Part shown: positions 1 to 10,168 of the stretch, piece by piece
Layout: every line of letters starts with the position of its first letter
How positions within the stretch are numbered: the stretch's first letter is position 1
Origin: Verrucomicrobiota bacterium
Lineage (GTDB): Bacteria > Verrucomicrobiota > Verrucomicrobiia > Limisphaerales > SIBE01
Reading direction: 5' to 3'
Length of the DNA: 64,000 bases
NCBI GenBank assembly: GCA_021733945.1
Contig: JAIPJX010000004.1
Coordinates: forward strand, 12,579 to 76,578
Made by a program: the position numbers and the translations under genes
The notes under the pieces: model-generated
Told to the model about the DNA's origin: nothing
Seen by the model: only the letters and a program-made list of their open reading frames with translations
Databases searched by the model: none

Positions 1-655
1 CTTCCCAGCTCCCTTCGGCCGTTTTCGGAGTCTCGATCAACGGCGCGGTCGGAGGCGTCACCACCCGGTCGTTCTCAATCCAGGCATACGGCGGGAAATT
101 CGGGACGTCGTCCCCGAAATAGGAATCAAAACCGTGACTCACCGGACCGCCCGGAATCTTCGCCGTCCAATCAAAATCCCCCGGTGCGTAAGCGGACGCC
201 CTCGCCCCCGGAATCGGCTGCGGCTTGGCACCAGCTCGCTTGATCGCGTCCCAGTCCCAACCCAGGTGCCATTTGCCGATGCACGCCGTTTCGTATCCGG
301 CCGCCTTCAGCATTTCCGGAAGCGTCAGCTCCGCGTCGTCAAACGATGGCGGTCCAAACACACCGACAATGCCATGAAATTTTCGCCAATGATACCGCCC
401 GGTCAGCAGGGCGTACCGACTTGGAGAACAAATGCCGGAGGAACTGTGTGCGTCGGTGAAGCGGGTTCCTTCGGCTGCCAGACGATCCAGGTGCGGCGTC
501 GGAATCTTCGAACCCGGGTTCTGCACCGCCAGATCGCCGTAGCCCATGTCGTCCGCATACAGAATGACAATGTTCGGCAGCGCAGCGACCGCACGACACA
601 CCCCGGCCGACAACACCCATCCCAGGACCATCCAGCACACGCTCCTCAACATCAT
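1..655 (-). CDS. Arylsulfatase, N-terminal part (runs off the window edge)
   Basis: Manual translation: signal peptide, then PNIVILYADDMGYGDL...TPHLDRLAAEG...SGICSPSRYALLTGRY (CxPxR sulfatase motif); purine-rich RBS upstream. Confidence 0.9.
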   Translation of the reverse strand, partial: MMLRSVCWMVLGWVLSAGVCRAVAALPNIVILYADDMGYGDLAVQNPGSKIPTPHLDRLAAEGTRFTDAHSSSGICSPSRYALLTGRYHWRKFHGIVGVFGPPSFDDAELTLPEMLKAAGYETACIGKWHLGWDWDAIKRAGAKPQPIPGARASAYAPGDFDWTAKIPGGPVSHGFDSYFGDDVPNFPPYAWIENDRVVTPPTAPLIETPKTAEGSWE

Positions 656-677
656 CTCAACCTTCCTTTCACACGAA

Positions 678-2204
678 TCAATCCGCCCTCTGCATCGCCG
701 CTTTCGACGGACGCGGCCGCACCCGGTTGGCAAGCGGCGTGCCGTCCCCGCGATCAAACTCATCGGCCGTGCGATGCGCCGGAGTGATGTCCCCTGTCTT
801 TTGTTTCCAACCGGTGAGCACCGCCCGGAGACGTTCGAGTTCGCTCCACCAGGCTGGTTCGCCGGCGAGGTTTTTCATTTCAAACGGGTCCGTGGCGGTG
901 TCGTAGAATTCCTCCCGAGGCCGCGGTTTCCCGAAACAGACCGATTGTTCGGGCGTCAACTGCCCGGCCTCCCGAAGCTGCCGCATCGCAGTGTAGGTGG
1001 GGCTGCGCACGCCGTCGGCCGGGGGAGTCAGGGGCAGGTCGTTGTATTCGTTTAGAATGTACTTGTACCGGGCCGTGCGAACGGCCCGGCTGCGCGCCTC
1101 GTAGTCATGCCAGTTCTGCTCCGCAAAAACAAATTCACGCACGGTCGCCCTGGGATCCTTCAGAAGCGGTGCAAAACTGACCCCTTCGAACAACGCCGGA
1201 GCGCGCACTCCGGCGAGATCCAGAAACGTGGGAGCCAGGTCCACGGAACTGACGAGGCTGGCACAGGTGCTGCCCGCTTCGACCCGTCCAGGCCATCGCA
1301 CGATCCAGGGAGTCTTGATGCCACTGTCATACACCGTGGTTTTGTCGCGGGGAAACGGCCGCCCGTTGTCACTGATGAAGATCACGAAGGTATTGCCCGT
1401 CTCCCCCTGTTTTTCCAGCTCCGCCAGCACCTCGCCCACATAGCGGTCCAGACGCGTGATTTCATTGTAATACAACGCCAGATCCTTCCGGGTCTTCTCC
1501 ACATCCGGAAGATAAGGCGGCACGCGCACCTCACCGGGGCGATAGGGGTTGGGAATAATGTTCTCTTCGTAATCCCGATGCGGATCAAGCGCCGCCAGCC
1601 AAAGAAAAAACGGCCGGTCCCGCGGCCGATCCCGCAACACCGGCACCCAGTCCCGACAGCCGCTCTGGAGATCATCCGAACCTTTCTCCACCATCCGGGC
1701 CTTCTGCGCGGCGGCACCGGAGGGCAGCTGAAATCCCGCCGTGCCAATGTCGAGAACCCGGTCGAAGCGGTTGGTCATGACGTCTCCCAAATGCCATTTA
1801 CCGGCTGCAGCCGTCCAGTATCCGGCCGTCCTGAGCTGCTCCACAAAGGTGATCTGTTCCGGGGGCAGCGGCCAGTGCAGCTGTTCGGCGTCGGTCTGAT
1901 GCGGATAACGTCCGGTGATGATGCTCGCGCGGCTGGGACTACACGAACTGGCGGTTAAAAAGGCGCCGTCAAAACGCATGCCATCCCCTGCCAGCCGATC
2001 GAGGTTGGGCGTCCGGATCCCGGGATGCCCGTAGGCACCGCAATCATCCCAGGCCATGTCATCGGCGATGAACAGGATGAAATTGGGTCGGGCCCCGGCG
2101 GCAACGCTGCGTTGCACCGGCATTCCAATGGACAGGAACAGCAGCGCACAGACTGCCAGTCTGGGCACAGGGAAAACGATCGATCTGGAGGCGGGGTTGT
2201 TCAT
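678..2204 (-). CDS. Sulfatase (N-sulfoglucosamine sulfohydrolase-like)
   Basis: PNFILFIADD, CSPSRASIITGRY, GKWH and SDNG motifs; start uncertain (the ORF extends to 2282). Confidence 0.9.
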   Translation of the reverse strand: MNNPASRSIVFPVPRLAVCALLFLSIGMPVQRSVAAGARPNFILFIADDMAWDDCGAYGHPGIRTPNLDRLAGDGMRFDGAFLTASSCSPSRASIITGRYPHQTDAEQLHWPLPPEQITFVEQLRTAGYWTAAAGKWHLGDVMTNRFDRVLDIGTAGFQLPSGAAAQKARMVEKGSDDLQSGCRDWVPVLRDRPRDRPFFLWLAALDPHRDYEENIIPNPYRPGEVRVPPYLPDVEKTRKDLALYYNEITRLDRYVGEVLAELEKQGETGNTFVIFISDNGRPFPRDKTTVYDSGIKTPWIVRWPGRVEAGSTCASLVSSVDLAPTFLDLAGVRAPALFEGVSFAPLLKDPRATVREFVFAEQNWHDYEARSRAVRTARYKYILNEYNDLPLTPPADGVRSPTYTAMRQLREAGQLTPEQSVCFGKPRPREEFYDTATDPFEMKNLAGEPAWWSELERLRAVLTGWKQKTGDITPAHRTADEFDRGDGTPLANRVRPRPSKAAMQRAD

Positions 2205-2288
2205 GACGGTTTCAAAACGAGCCTTACACGCGCCGCTGCCGGTGGTTAAACACATCCCCGGCATGGGATGGCCCCCACGCACGGCCGG

Positions 2289-3221
2289 CTAATTATTCTC
2301 GGGCAATCCCTCCCGATGGCCGACGTTCTTCACCGGCTCGAAGATGGCCTGCACCTCGCCAAGCAAGTCCATGTCCAGCGGTTGCTCAAGCCACGCGGCC
2401 CATTTGCGGATATTGTCCGGATTGGCTGATCCCGCCACGCTGGTGGTGATGTCCGGGTGAGCCACGGAAAACTGGAGTGCCAACTGGGCGATGTCAACGC
2501 CCCGGTCCTGACAGAGAGCCGCCGCCTGCCGGGCAGCCGCCTTGACCGGTTCAGGCTCCTTCAACCAGGCCGGCAGCGGTGCGTTGGTGAGCAGTCGCGC
2601 CGAGAACGGGCCCGCATTCATGATCCCGACTCCCTTCGACTTGAGATAGGGGACCAGCTCATCGGCAAACCGGGTATTCTGCAGGGTGTACTGGTTGTAG
2701 CTCAGCACCACATCGACGTCCGTCTGATCGAGCACAAACTTGAAGGCTTTCATCGGGTAGCCGGAGATGCCGACAAACCTGACCTTGCCCTGCTGCTGGG
2801 CTTTGCGCAGGGCGGGAAGGGTGACATCGACGATCTGCTGCATCGGCACGAACTCAATGTCGTGGCAGAGGCAGATGTCGAGGTGATCGACCTTCATCCG
2901 GTGCAGGCTTACATCCACACTTTCAGCAACCCGTTTGGCCGAGAAATCGAAATGCTGCAGATCATACCGGCCGAGCTTCGTTCCCAGGATATACCGCTCC
3001 CGTGGAATCTCCCGGAGAGCCACTCCCAGCAGCACCTCGGACATGCCACGCCCGTAGAACGGCGAGGTATCTATGAAGTTGAGCCCCAGGTCGAGGGCAA
3101 CGTTTACGGAACGAACCGCCTCTTCCAGAGTCACGTTGCGGAATTCCTGTCCGAGGGACGAAGCGCCGAAGCTCAGGACAGGCAGTTCGATCCCGGTATT
3201 GCCAAGTTTGCGAGTGCGCAT
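2289..3221 (-). CDS. Aldo/keto reductase (sugar dehydrogenase-like)
   Basis: LGNTG...LSFGAS, IDTSPFYG.G.SE, TKLGRY, CHDIEF motifs. Confidence 0.88.
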   Translation of the reverse strand: MRTRKLGNTGIELPVLSFGASSLGQEFRNVTLEEAVRSVNVALDLGLNFIDTSPFYGRGMSEVLLGVALREIPRERYILGTKLGRYDLQHFDFSAKRVAESVDVSLHRMKVDHLDICLCHDIEFVPMQQIVDVTLPALRKAQQQGKVRFVGISGYPMKAFKFVLDQTDVDVVLSYNQYTLQNTRFADELVPYLKSKGVGIMNAGPFSARLLTNAPLPAWLKEPEPVKAAARQAAALCQDRGVDIAQLALQFSVAHPDITTSVAGSANPDNIRKWAAWLEQPLDMDLLGEVQAIFEPVKNVGHREGLPENN

Positions 3222-3272
3222 GTGGCCGCTATTAAACCACAGAATCGCTTTCCCGCAAGAAACACCCGCGTT

Positions 3273-4103
3273 TCAAGCCGGCCCCTGAGCACCGAAATAC
3301 TGCTTGAAGGCCACCATGGTCTGCCTCGCCGCCTCCTCGGACGAGGGCAACGGCAGCGCCTCAGCCGAAGCAAACCCTGCGAATCCCGTCTCTTTCAGCG
3401 CCGTGACCACCGGCGCAAAGTCGATGTGCCCCATTCCCGCCGCCCGTCGGTTGCTGTCCACAAAGTGCACATGGCCCAGTCGCGACCCGTAGGTGCGAAT
3501 CGCGTCGGCAATCGAACCTTCCTCAATGTTCATGTGAAACAAATCGGCAAGCACCCTGACATGCTCTGTCTTGATCGATTCAAGAAATTCCACCGCATCC
3601 GAAGCGCGGTTGATGAGGTTGGTCTCGTAGCGATTCAGCGGCTCGTAAAGGAGCGGGGTTCCGTACTGCTTGGCGTGTTCCCCGAGTTCGAAAAGCCCAT
3701 CCCTCAGCCAGTCCAGAGCCTGGTCCCGGGTCATTTCGCCTTCAAACCGACCCTGCATCGATCCGACAATCGCCGAAGCACCAAAATCGCCGGCCAGATC
3801 GATGACCCGCGAAATGAACTGCCGCGCCTGCTGTCGGACCCTGGCCTCGGCGTGGCAGAGGTGCCATTTGTTCAGAACCCACCCTCCGCCGGTGCCAACC
3901 GCCGCCAACCGCAGGTTATGCTCGGACAGCAACTGCCGCAGGGTCTTTACCGGAACCGAATCAACCGAGGGCGGAAAAATTTCGATCGCATCGTAGCCCA
4001 TGGAGGCTGCTTGTTCGCAGGCAAGTGCCAGGTCATCCCAATAGACAAACGGGCCTCCCTTGGCTTGGGACACGAGTGAGACAGTGACGCAGGATTCAAT
4101 CAT
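3273..4103 (-). CDS. Sugar phosphate isomerase/epimerase (xylose-isomerase-like TIM barrel)
   Basis: EPLNRYE, DLFHMNIEE, HVHFVDSNR metal-binding motifs. Confidence 0.88.
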   Translation of the reverse strand: MIESCVTVSLVSQAKGGPFVYWDDLALACEQAASMGYDAIEIFPPSVDSVPVKTLRQLLSEHNLRLAAVGTGGGWVLNKWHLCHAEARVRQQARQFISRVIDLAGDFGASAIVGSMQGRFEGEMTRDQALDWLRDGLFELGEHAKQYGTPLLYEPLNRYETNLINRASDAVEFLESIKTEHVRVLADLFHMNIEEGSIADAIRTYGSRLGHVHFVDSNRRAAGMGHIDFAPVVTALKETGFAGFASAEALPLPSSEEAARQTMVAFKQYFGAQGPA

Positions 4104-4109
4104 GGAGAG

Positions 4110-4499
4110 TTAGGCCGATTCGATGATGAGGTTGCCGTAAGGAGTTGCGTCACCGGTGCGGATCAGTCCAATCGCTCCAGGAACACGTTTCTTGAACTGG
4201 ACATGAGGCTCGCGGGTCACCTTGAGCCCCCTGAAAACCCGCCCGAAGGCGTTGCGCACCGGTGCCTTGTTGGTTGCCAGAAACTCTTCCGCCATAAAAA
4301 CCTCACCAATCTTGAAGTTCGGACGGAGCAGTTCCATAACCTGAATGACGGTCGGGATTCCCTGGGTCAGGGACAGATCGACCGTCTCGATCGACGGCCA
4401 GAACGGGAAGGCCCAGTCGGCTATCACCAAAGTGTTCGTATGCCTCACTCGTGCCAGGAGCGAAAGGACCGCCGGATTCAAAATGCCTTGCTGGAGCAT
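4110..4499 (-). CDS. RbsD/FucU family sugar pyranase/mutarotase
   Basis: GILNP...HTNTLVIAD..FP and IRTGDATPYGNLII. Confidence 0.88.
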   Translation of the reverse strand: MLQQGILNPAVLSLLARVRHTNTLVIADWAFPFWPSIETVDLSLTQGIPTVIQVMELLRPNFKIGEVFMAEEFLATNKAPVRNAFGRVFRGLKVTREPHVQFKKRVPGAIGLIRTGDATPYGNLIIESA

Positions 4500-4650
4500 G
4501 ATTCAGTATTCAATTGCTTCGCCACCCAAATGATCATGGGCGACGAATGCGTCATCTGGATGAAGAACAGAGCCCCACGCCAAAAATGTAAAGCCTCTTT
4601 TTCGAGGTGCCCGGACCAAATCCCACCTCCTCGAACCAGTCTCCAGAGAT

Positions 4651-6267
4651 TTATTCGACCGTGATTCCAGCCAGAAACAACCCCTGGCGAGCCATCCGCC
4701 CCACCACGTCGACCGATGCAACGGAACGGTTTGGATTCGGATTCTCCCAGACATGACTGAACAAACGCACCGGAGTCCCCGCGCTCTGAGTGGTCCACGA
4801 AACCGAGGCGCGGGTCGCCTCCGGAGGTTCTCCCGGGAAGACCCACCAACTCCTCAAATCCTCGCCATAAACGATCGGTATCTCGATCGTCTCGCCGTCT
4901 GCATACCGAACCACGTAGCTGCCAATCCGGGTACCATCCGAGGCACGTCCACCCGGGCCCGCTGCATGGAGAAAATGGATGCGTTTGCACTTCCTTTCCA
5001 GTTGGATCCCTGAAACCCGATCCGGCAGACGGCCGGTGGCTCCCGGTGCCCCCCCCAAGCCAGCCAACTGCACCAGGCCGGCCACCTCAAACTCAACACC
5101 CTCGCCGGTCTTTAACGGGGACTCGAACTCGTAAGTCCCTTCGTCGGTCCGTACCATGCTGGAAAACTGGGTGTTTACAAACTCCGCCAGATTAATCCGG
5201 CTCGGACGAGCGGGCAGTCCCGCACTCTCCCTGGCTTCCAGGCTGTCGATAGTTGAAAAGCGCGTCTCCAGATCCAGATTGACCGCCATTTCGATCGGTT
5301 GACCACCAAGCTCCGGTCCCGCATTCAGATGAACCACCTGCTCCGATCGCCCGGAAAGATAGCCGCTGGGAACCGGCGAAGTCCATTGAACCCGGATCTC
5401 ACCGGAAGCCACCAGCTTGAGGGACTCCAACCTCGCGGACATGCCAGCAGGAAGCCCCGGCAAATTGCCCACCTTCTGATCACCCGCGTTTTCCCGCAAT
5501 CCCACCTCCACCGTCGCCCCCTCATCGTTGAATTCCTTCAGGGAATAGATCACCGTTTTCCGGGTCACCACACCCCGGGTGTCGGATTCGGGAAAGGTGA
5601 CTTCCCATTTCGCCCCCCGCCCCAAAGCCTCCTCCGGAAATACCACGGAGGCATCCTGAACACCCGATTGCATCTGCTTGATCTGCTGACCCAATCCGGG
5701 ATCAACGCCCTCAGGCAACTTCGCGGAAAAATCAAAAACCATGCCCCGTGCCGTCTGACGGTAGCTCCAACGCAGGTCCTCGTTGAATCCGGGCATCAGA
5801 CTTTCCAAAGGATTCGGCTCCCCTGCGCCCCCGGCGAGGAGATTATCGCCCAAACGGATTTGCCCCAGCCTGGCCGATACATCCGCCACCCGGTCCGGTC
5901 CAACGCCCGTGACCGCGACCTCCGAAATCGAACTGACTTTTGGGAGCGCCATGGCCGGCATCTGGCCAGCCGCTCCCATGTTGCCACCCATCTTCATCGT
6001 CACCTCGGTCTTCGACGCTATCGGGGTGCCGACCGCAAACTGAAACCGCATCGGCCGTCGTGGTTCCTGTCCGGGTGAGATCACCCGCACCCGGAGTTGG
6101 TCTTCGGGAGCTCCCGCTCCGGTTCCCTGGGATCGACCGGGCGCGAACGACGCGGCAACCCACACAAAGACAAACGCCAGGGGAATGCGACAAAAAAGGA
6201 ATCTGGAGAGTTTCATAAGGAATACGAAAGTCAATTTCACACGACTGCCACGATCGATGCCCGACAC
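4651..6267 (-). CDS. Secreted two-domain hypothetical protein
   Basis: 538-aa ORF with an N-terminal hydrophobic signal; beta-rich N domain (FPEEALG.GAKW) and C domain IHFLHAA...YVVRYADG..IPIVYGEDLRSWW; start may be near 6216. Confidence 0.7.
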   Translation of the reverse strand: MSGIDRGSRVKLTFVFLMKLSRFLFCRIPLAFVFVWVAASFAPGRSQGTGAGAPEDQLRVRVISPGQEPRRPMRFQFAVGTPIASKTEVTMKMGGNMGAAGQMPAMALPKVSSISEVAVTGVGPDRVADVSARLGQIRLGDNLLAGGAGEPNPLESLMPGFNEDLRWSYRQTARGMVFDFSAKLPEGVDPGLGQQIKQMQSGVQDASVVFPEEALGRGAKWEVTFPESDTRGVVTRKTVIYSLKEFNDEGATVEVGLRENAGDQKVGNLPGLPAGMSARLESLKLVASGEIRVQWTSPVPSGYLSGRSEQVVHLNAGPELGGQPIEMAVNLDLETRFSTIDSLEARESAGLPARPSRINLAEFVNTQFSSMVRTDEGTYEFESPLKTGEGVEFEVAGLVQLAGLGGAPGATGRLPDRVSGIQLERKCKRIHFLHAAGPGGRASDGTRIGSYVVRYADGETIEIPIVYGEDLRSWWVFPGEPPEATRASVSWTTQSAGTPVRLFSHVWENPNPNRSVASVDVVGRMARQGLFLAGITVE

Positions 6268-6491
6268 CCGGGGCTCGCCTACGATCTGTCATCCCATCGC
6301 AACGGTCGCTCAAAGCTCCGGAACCATACGCCGACACCGCATTCGAAACAAGAATTCAATCATTTTCGGAATGCCGCAGTCCCACCGGGGAACCCCATCG
6401 CAACCTTTTTGATCGCCCCTCGCCTCACACAGGAATCCGGCCGCACCGACCGCTTTCGTCTTGGATTCGGTCCACACCGCCTTTAGGGTAA

Positions 6492-6974
6492 ATGCTCGAT
6501 GCCATGAAAAGCCTGCTCGACCGAGACACTCACTGGGCTGACTGGGCCAGGAAAGCCGGATACAGGGCCAGAACGCTCGCCCGATTGCGCGGCGTCTCGC
6601 AGCGGCATCTCGAGCGTTATTTCATCGATTACTTCGGACGCCCCACGCAGGAGTGGCTCGACGAACTCCGCCTCGTCAAAGCCGCCGTCCTTCTGACTCG
6701 GGGATCAACGGTCAAGGAAACCGCCGGCGAACTTGGTTTCGAGTGTGTCTCGCATTTCTCGCGGAAGTTCGCCCGATACCACGGATGCCGCCCCTCGCAA
6801 CTGATTCAAATCCATGATCGTCGACGTCAGGAACGCCAGCGCCAGTTCGAGTCCTGGTTCCCCGGCGAACCCGTCCCGGACGAATGGCTGGCTGATCCGG
6901 CGCTGAACAAACCCTGGGACCTGCTGCTCCAGCAATCACGCCGAATTCCGCTGGTACGGTCCACAAATCGATGA
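6492..6974 (+). CDS. Stand-alone AraC-family HTH regulator
   Basis: LARLRGVSQRHLERYF...TVKETAGELGF..VSHFSRKFARYHG; no ligand-binding domain. Confidence 0.85.
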   Translation: MLDAMKSLLDRDTHWADWARKAGYRARTLARLRGVSQRHLERYFIDYFGRPTQEWLDELRLVKAAVLLTRGSTVKETAGELGFECVSHFSRKFARYHGCRPSQLIQIHDRRRQERQRQFESWFPGEPVPDEWLADPALNKPWDLLLQQSRRIPLVRSTNR

Positions 6975-7013
6975 AATGTCGCTCAGAGACTACAAATGTC
7001 GCTGAGAGACCAC
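6974..7013 (+). promoter_or_regulatory. Tandem 20-bp direct repeat, candidate AraC binding site
   Basis: AAATGTCGCTCAGAGACTAC / AAATGTCGCTGAGAGACCAC directly after the AraC gene stop. Confidence 0.5.
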
Positions 7014-7118
7014 AGATAGCCATTGCGATCCGCCCAGGTTCGTTGGATCTTCTTTCCTACACGGAGGTGGGGTTGGGGGGGTGGATTTTCATTCGAGAAA
7101 ACGCCCGGGGAGGTCAGC

Positions 7119-7508
7119 TTACTGTTTGAATCGTTCGATCAGTTCGATTTCATAACCCTCCGGTGCGTCTACGAACGCAAATCCACCCCCACCTTCCTTC
7201 ATGTGCGGTCCGTCCGAATACTTCAGCCCCACACTTTCGAGATGCGTGCCAAATTCCGCCAGACTGTCGACTTCAAACGCGAGATGCGTCAGATCCTCCT
7301 GGACCCGCACCGGACCGCTCGCCGGATACGAACAAATCTCGATCAATTCTTCGCTCTCTTCGGCTTTTAGAAACACCAGCTCGGATCCCCGGGGGGACCG
7401 GTGGCGACGGATTTCCTGAAGGCCGAGCACCTCCTTGTAAAAGCGAATGGTTCGCTCCAAATCTTCAACTCGGTACCGGGTGTGCAACAGCTTCTTGACA
7501 GTTTTCAT
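7119..7508 (-). CDS. gloA: VOC family protein / lactoylglutathione lyase
   Basis: LLHTRYRVEDLERTIRFY..VLG, HLAFEVD, FVDAPEGYEIELIE. Confidence 0.8.
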   Translation of the reverse strand: MKTVKKLLHTRYRVEDLERTIRFYKEVLGLQEIRRHRSPRGSELVFLKAEESEELIEICSYPASGPVRVQEDLTHLAFEVDSLAEFGTHLESVGLKYSDGPHMKEGGGGFAFVDAPEGYEIELIERFKQ

Positions 7509-7615
7509 TGCCCCAGCTTAAGGCCACTCCACGGCAAAACAATACCCGATTGGAGAACGCCTCGATCAGATTCTTGTTTCAACCATGCCGGGCAAACCCT
7601 AATACTCAGCGACGC

Positions 7616-8698
7616 ATGAAAACGATCGAATCATCCCGGCGGCAGTTCGCAAGCGACAACAACTCAGGCATCTGCCCCGAAGCCTGGGAAGCCCTGCGGG
7701 AGTCGAATCAGGGACACGCCCGCGGTTACGGCGACGATCAATGGACCGAGAAGGCGGCGGATCTGATACGCGACCTCTTCGAAACCGACTGCGAAGTTTT
7801 CTTCGTCTTCAACGGAACCGCCGCCAACTCGCTCTCCCTGGCCTCGCTGTGCCAGTCCTACCACAGTATCCTCTGCCACGAAATCGCCCACGTCGAAACC
7901 GACGAATGCGGCGCGCCCGAGTTCTTCTCCAACGGCACCAAGGTGCTGCTGCTCTCGGGTGCCAACGGGAAAATCGACCCCGCCTCCGTTGAACAGATGG
8001 TCAACCGCCGCACCGACATCCACTACCCGAAACCCCGCGTCCTCAGCCTTACCCAGGCCTCTGAGGTCGGCACGGTCTATTCGCCGGAGGAAGTGCGCAC
8101 ACTCGGGCAAACCGCCAGGACCCTCGGACTCAGAATGCACATGGACGGAGCCCGCTTTGCCAACGCGGTCGCCAGCCTCGGGGTCTCGCCCGGCGAAATC
8201 ACATGGAAGGCGGGCGTCGATGTGCTCTGTTTCGGAGGCACCAAAAACGGAACGCACGTTGGGGACGCCGTTGTGTTCTTTAACCGGGACCTCGCCCATG
8301 AATTCGACTACCGCTGCAAACAGTCCGGTCAACTTGCTTCAAAGATGCGGTTCCTGGCCGCACCCTGGATCGGCATGCTGCAGGAGGGTGCCTGGCTCCG
8401 GCACGCCAACCACGCCAACCACGCCGCCGAACTTCTCGCCAAGGGCATGCAGGCCATTCCCGGCGTAAAACTGCTCTTCCCACGCCAGGCCAATTCCGTT
8501 TTCGCCGAGCTCCCCGAAACCGTACGCGCCGGAATGCGGGAACGCGGTTGGTTCTTCTACACCTTCATCGGACGCGGAGGATGCCGGATGATGTGTTCCT
8601 GGGACACCACGGAGGAGGACGTTCGAGCGTTCCTGTCGGATCTGGCCGAACTCAGCGCCGGCTCCCCGAAGCATGGATCGGACACGGGGTCGCGTTAG
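7616..8698 (+). CDS. ltaE: Low-specificity L-threonine aldolase
   Basis: FASDN, NGTAAN, HMDGARFANA, FGGTKNG (PLP lysine). Confidence 0.9.
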   Translation: MKTIESSRRQFASDNNSGICPEAWEALRESNQGHARGYGDDQWTEKAADLIRDLFETDCEVFFVFNGTAANSLSLASLCQSYHSILCHEIAHVETDECGAPEFFSNGTKVLLLSGANGKIDPASVEQMVNRRTDIHYPKPRVLSLTQASEVGTVYSPEEVRTLGQTARTLGLRMHMDGARFANAVASLGVSPGEITWKAGVDVLCFGGTKNGTHVGDAVVFFNRDLAHEFDYRCKQSGQLASKMRFLAAPWIGMLQEGAWLRHANHANHAAELLAKGMQAIPGVKLLFPRQANSVFAELPETVRAGMRERGWFFYTFIGRGGCRMMCSWDTTEEDVRAFLSDLAELSAGSPKHGSDTGSR

Positions 8699-8737
8699 CG
8701 CACGGATCGGAGGGCATTCCAACCGGCGACCAAGCCC

Positions 8738-8875
8738 CACTGCCTTCGTTTCAGGGATTCGGAGGGTGGGGCGAATCCGTCCCGGTGAGCCGACAAGCGG
8801 TTGAGCGAAAGTGAGTTGAGCGGCTCAGCGAGGACGCTTCGCCCTACCATTTCAGTTCTTGAACGAATGGCAGTG
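8738..8875. mobile_element. IS4-like MITE (138 bp) enclosing a REP doublet
   Basis: Ends CACTGCC-TTCGTTTCAG ... CTTGAACGAATGGCAGTG; reverse-complement copy of 12397-12534 and 38762-38891. Confidence 0.75.
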
Positions 8876-9215
8876 TCCTTCGCCCCGCCCCAACCAATCG
8901 GACTCCCCACGCCCCCCGCCTCCCGTCGGTCATGTTGACGCGCCCCGATTCCGGGTCCGTCCCGTCTCCGGGTCTGGAGGGCAACGCGGAATGGCCCGCC
9001 CCTGGCGAACCGCGCATTCGGTGGTTCTTTGTCGGATTTGTTTTTATTTGGTGACGATTGACACCGCGCAGGTTGTCACCTTCGAATGGCAGGCGCGCAG
9101 GTTCGCCATCCGAACCTCGCTGGAGGCTTTTGAAATGAAGGGCAACCGCCTTCTCATCACCGGTGCAGAGGCGAATCCCAGGCATCGATTTGCCCACCCG
9201 GGCGGTGCACGACCG

Positions 9216-9995
9216 CTACCGCGTTGATTCAGCGCGGTCAAAGGACTTCAGCTGAATCCCAACCGGGCAATGGTCTGAACCCGGGATTTCCGGCCGGATG
9301 AACGCACTCTTGAGCTTGGGCTGAAGTGCCTGACTGATCAGAAAATAGTCGATCCGCCACCCGACATTCCGTGCCCGGGCACCCGACATCGGGCTCCACC
9401 AGGTGTAATGGCCGCCTTCGGTCTGAAACTGCCGAAACGTATCCACAAACCCCGCTTCGATCATGGCGGAGAAACCCGCCCGTTCCTCCGGCGTGAACCC
9501 GTGGTTCTTCCTGTTGGCCTTTGGATTGGCCAGGTCGATTTCGGTGTGGGCCACGTTGAGATCCCCACAAAAAACAACCGGCTTGGATTTCTCCAGTTCT
9601 TTGAGGTATTTCAGAAAATCGATGTCCCACTCCTGCCGGTAAGGCAACCGCGCAAGTTCGCGCTGAGAATTTGGAACATACGCGTTCACGAGGTGAAAAC
9701 CCTCAAACTCGGCGGTTATGACCCTGCCTTCACGATCGTGTTTCGGGGTGCCGATCCCGTTGCGCACCGCAATGGGACGGGTCCGCGTGAATAGGGCCGT
9801 TCCGGAGTAACCCTTTTTTTCGGCGGAATTCCAGTAGGTCGTGTAGGAGGCCGACCAGAGCTGTTCGACATCTTCGGGTGTACACTTGGTTTCCTGCAAA
9901 CACAGGATGTCCGGCTTCTCCGAATCGAGGTATTCCAAAAAATTGCGTTTCATGACCGCGCGCAGGCCGTTGACATTCCAGGAAATCAGTTTCAC
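9216..9995 (-). CDS. xth: Exodeoxyribonuclease III
   Basis: [32 protein letters not shown]. Confidence 0.95.
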   Translation of the reverse strand: MKLISWNVNGLRAVMKRNFLEYLDSEKPDILCLQETKCTPEDVEQLWSASYTTYWNSAEKKGYSGTALFTRTRPIAVRNGIGTPKHDREGRVITAEFEGFHLVNAYVPNSQRELARLPYRQEWDIDFLKYLKELEKSKPVVFCGDLNVAHTEIDLANPKANRKNHGFTPEERAGFSAMIEAGFVDTFRQFQTEGGHYTWWSPMSGARARNVGWRIDYFLISQALQPKLKSAFIRPEIPGSDHCPVGIQLKSFDRAESTR

Positions 9996-10168
9996 GGCGG
10001 CGACTGTAGCCTGGAAGATTGCGGAAGATCCACACTCTAAAAACTATCCCCGAGACATTTTAACCTCGATCTGCTAGGGTGTCCTCCATCCCAAAGCCAC
10101 CCGCCGCGCCGCGAACCTGCTTCCGGGAACATTCGGCGCTCGAATCGGGAAGCCAATCCGGGTCGACC

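Noticed and set aside
2457-4079. 540-aa plus-strand ORF (likewise 23823-25262, 39386-40897, 43207-45243, 53283-54479, 61950-63173)
   Set aside because: Antisense shadows of well-supported genes in high-GC DNA, with no recognisable motifs
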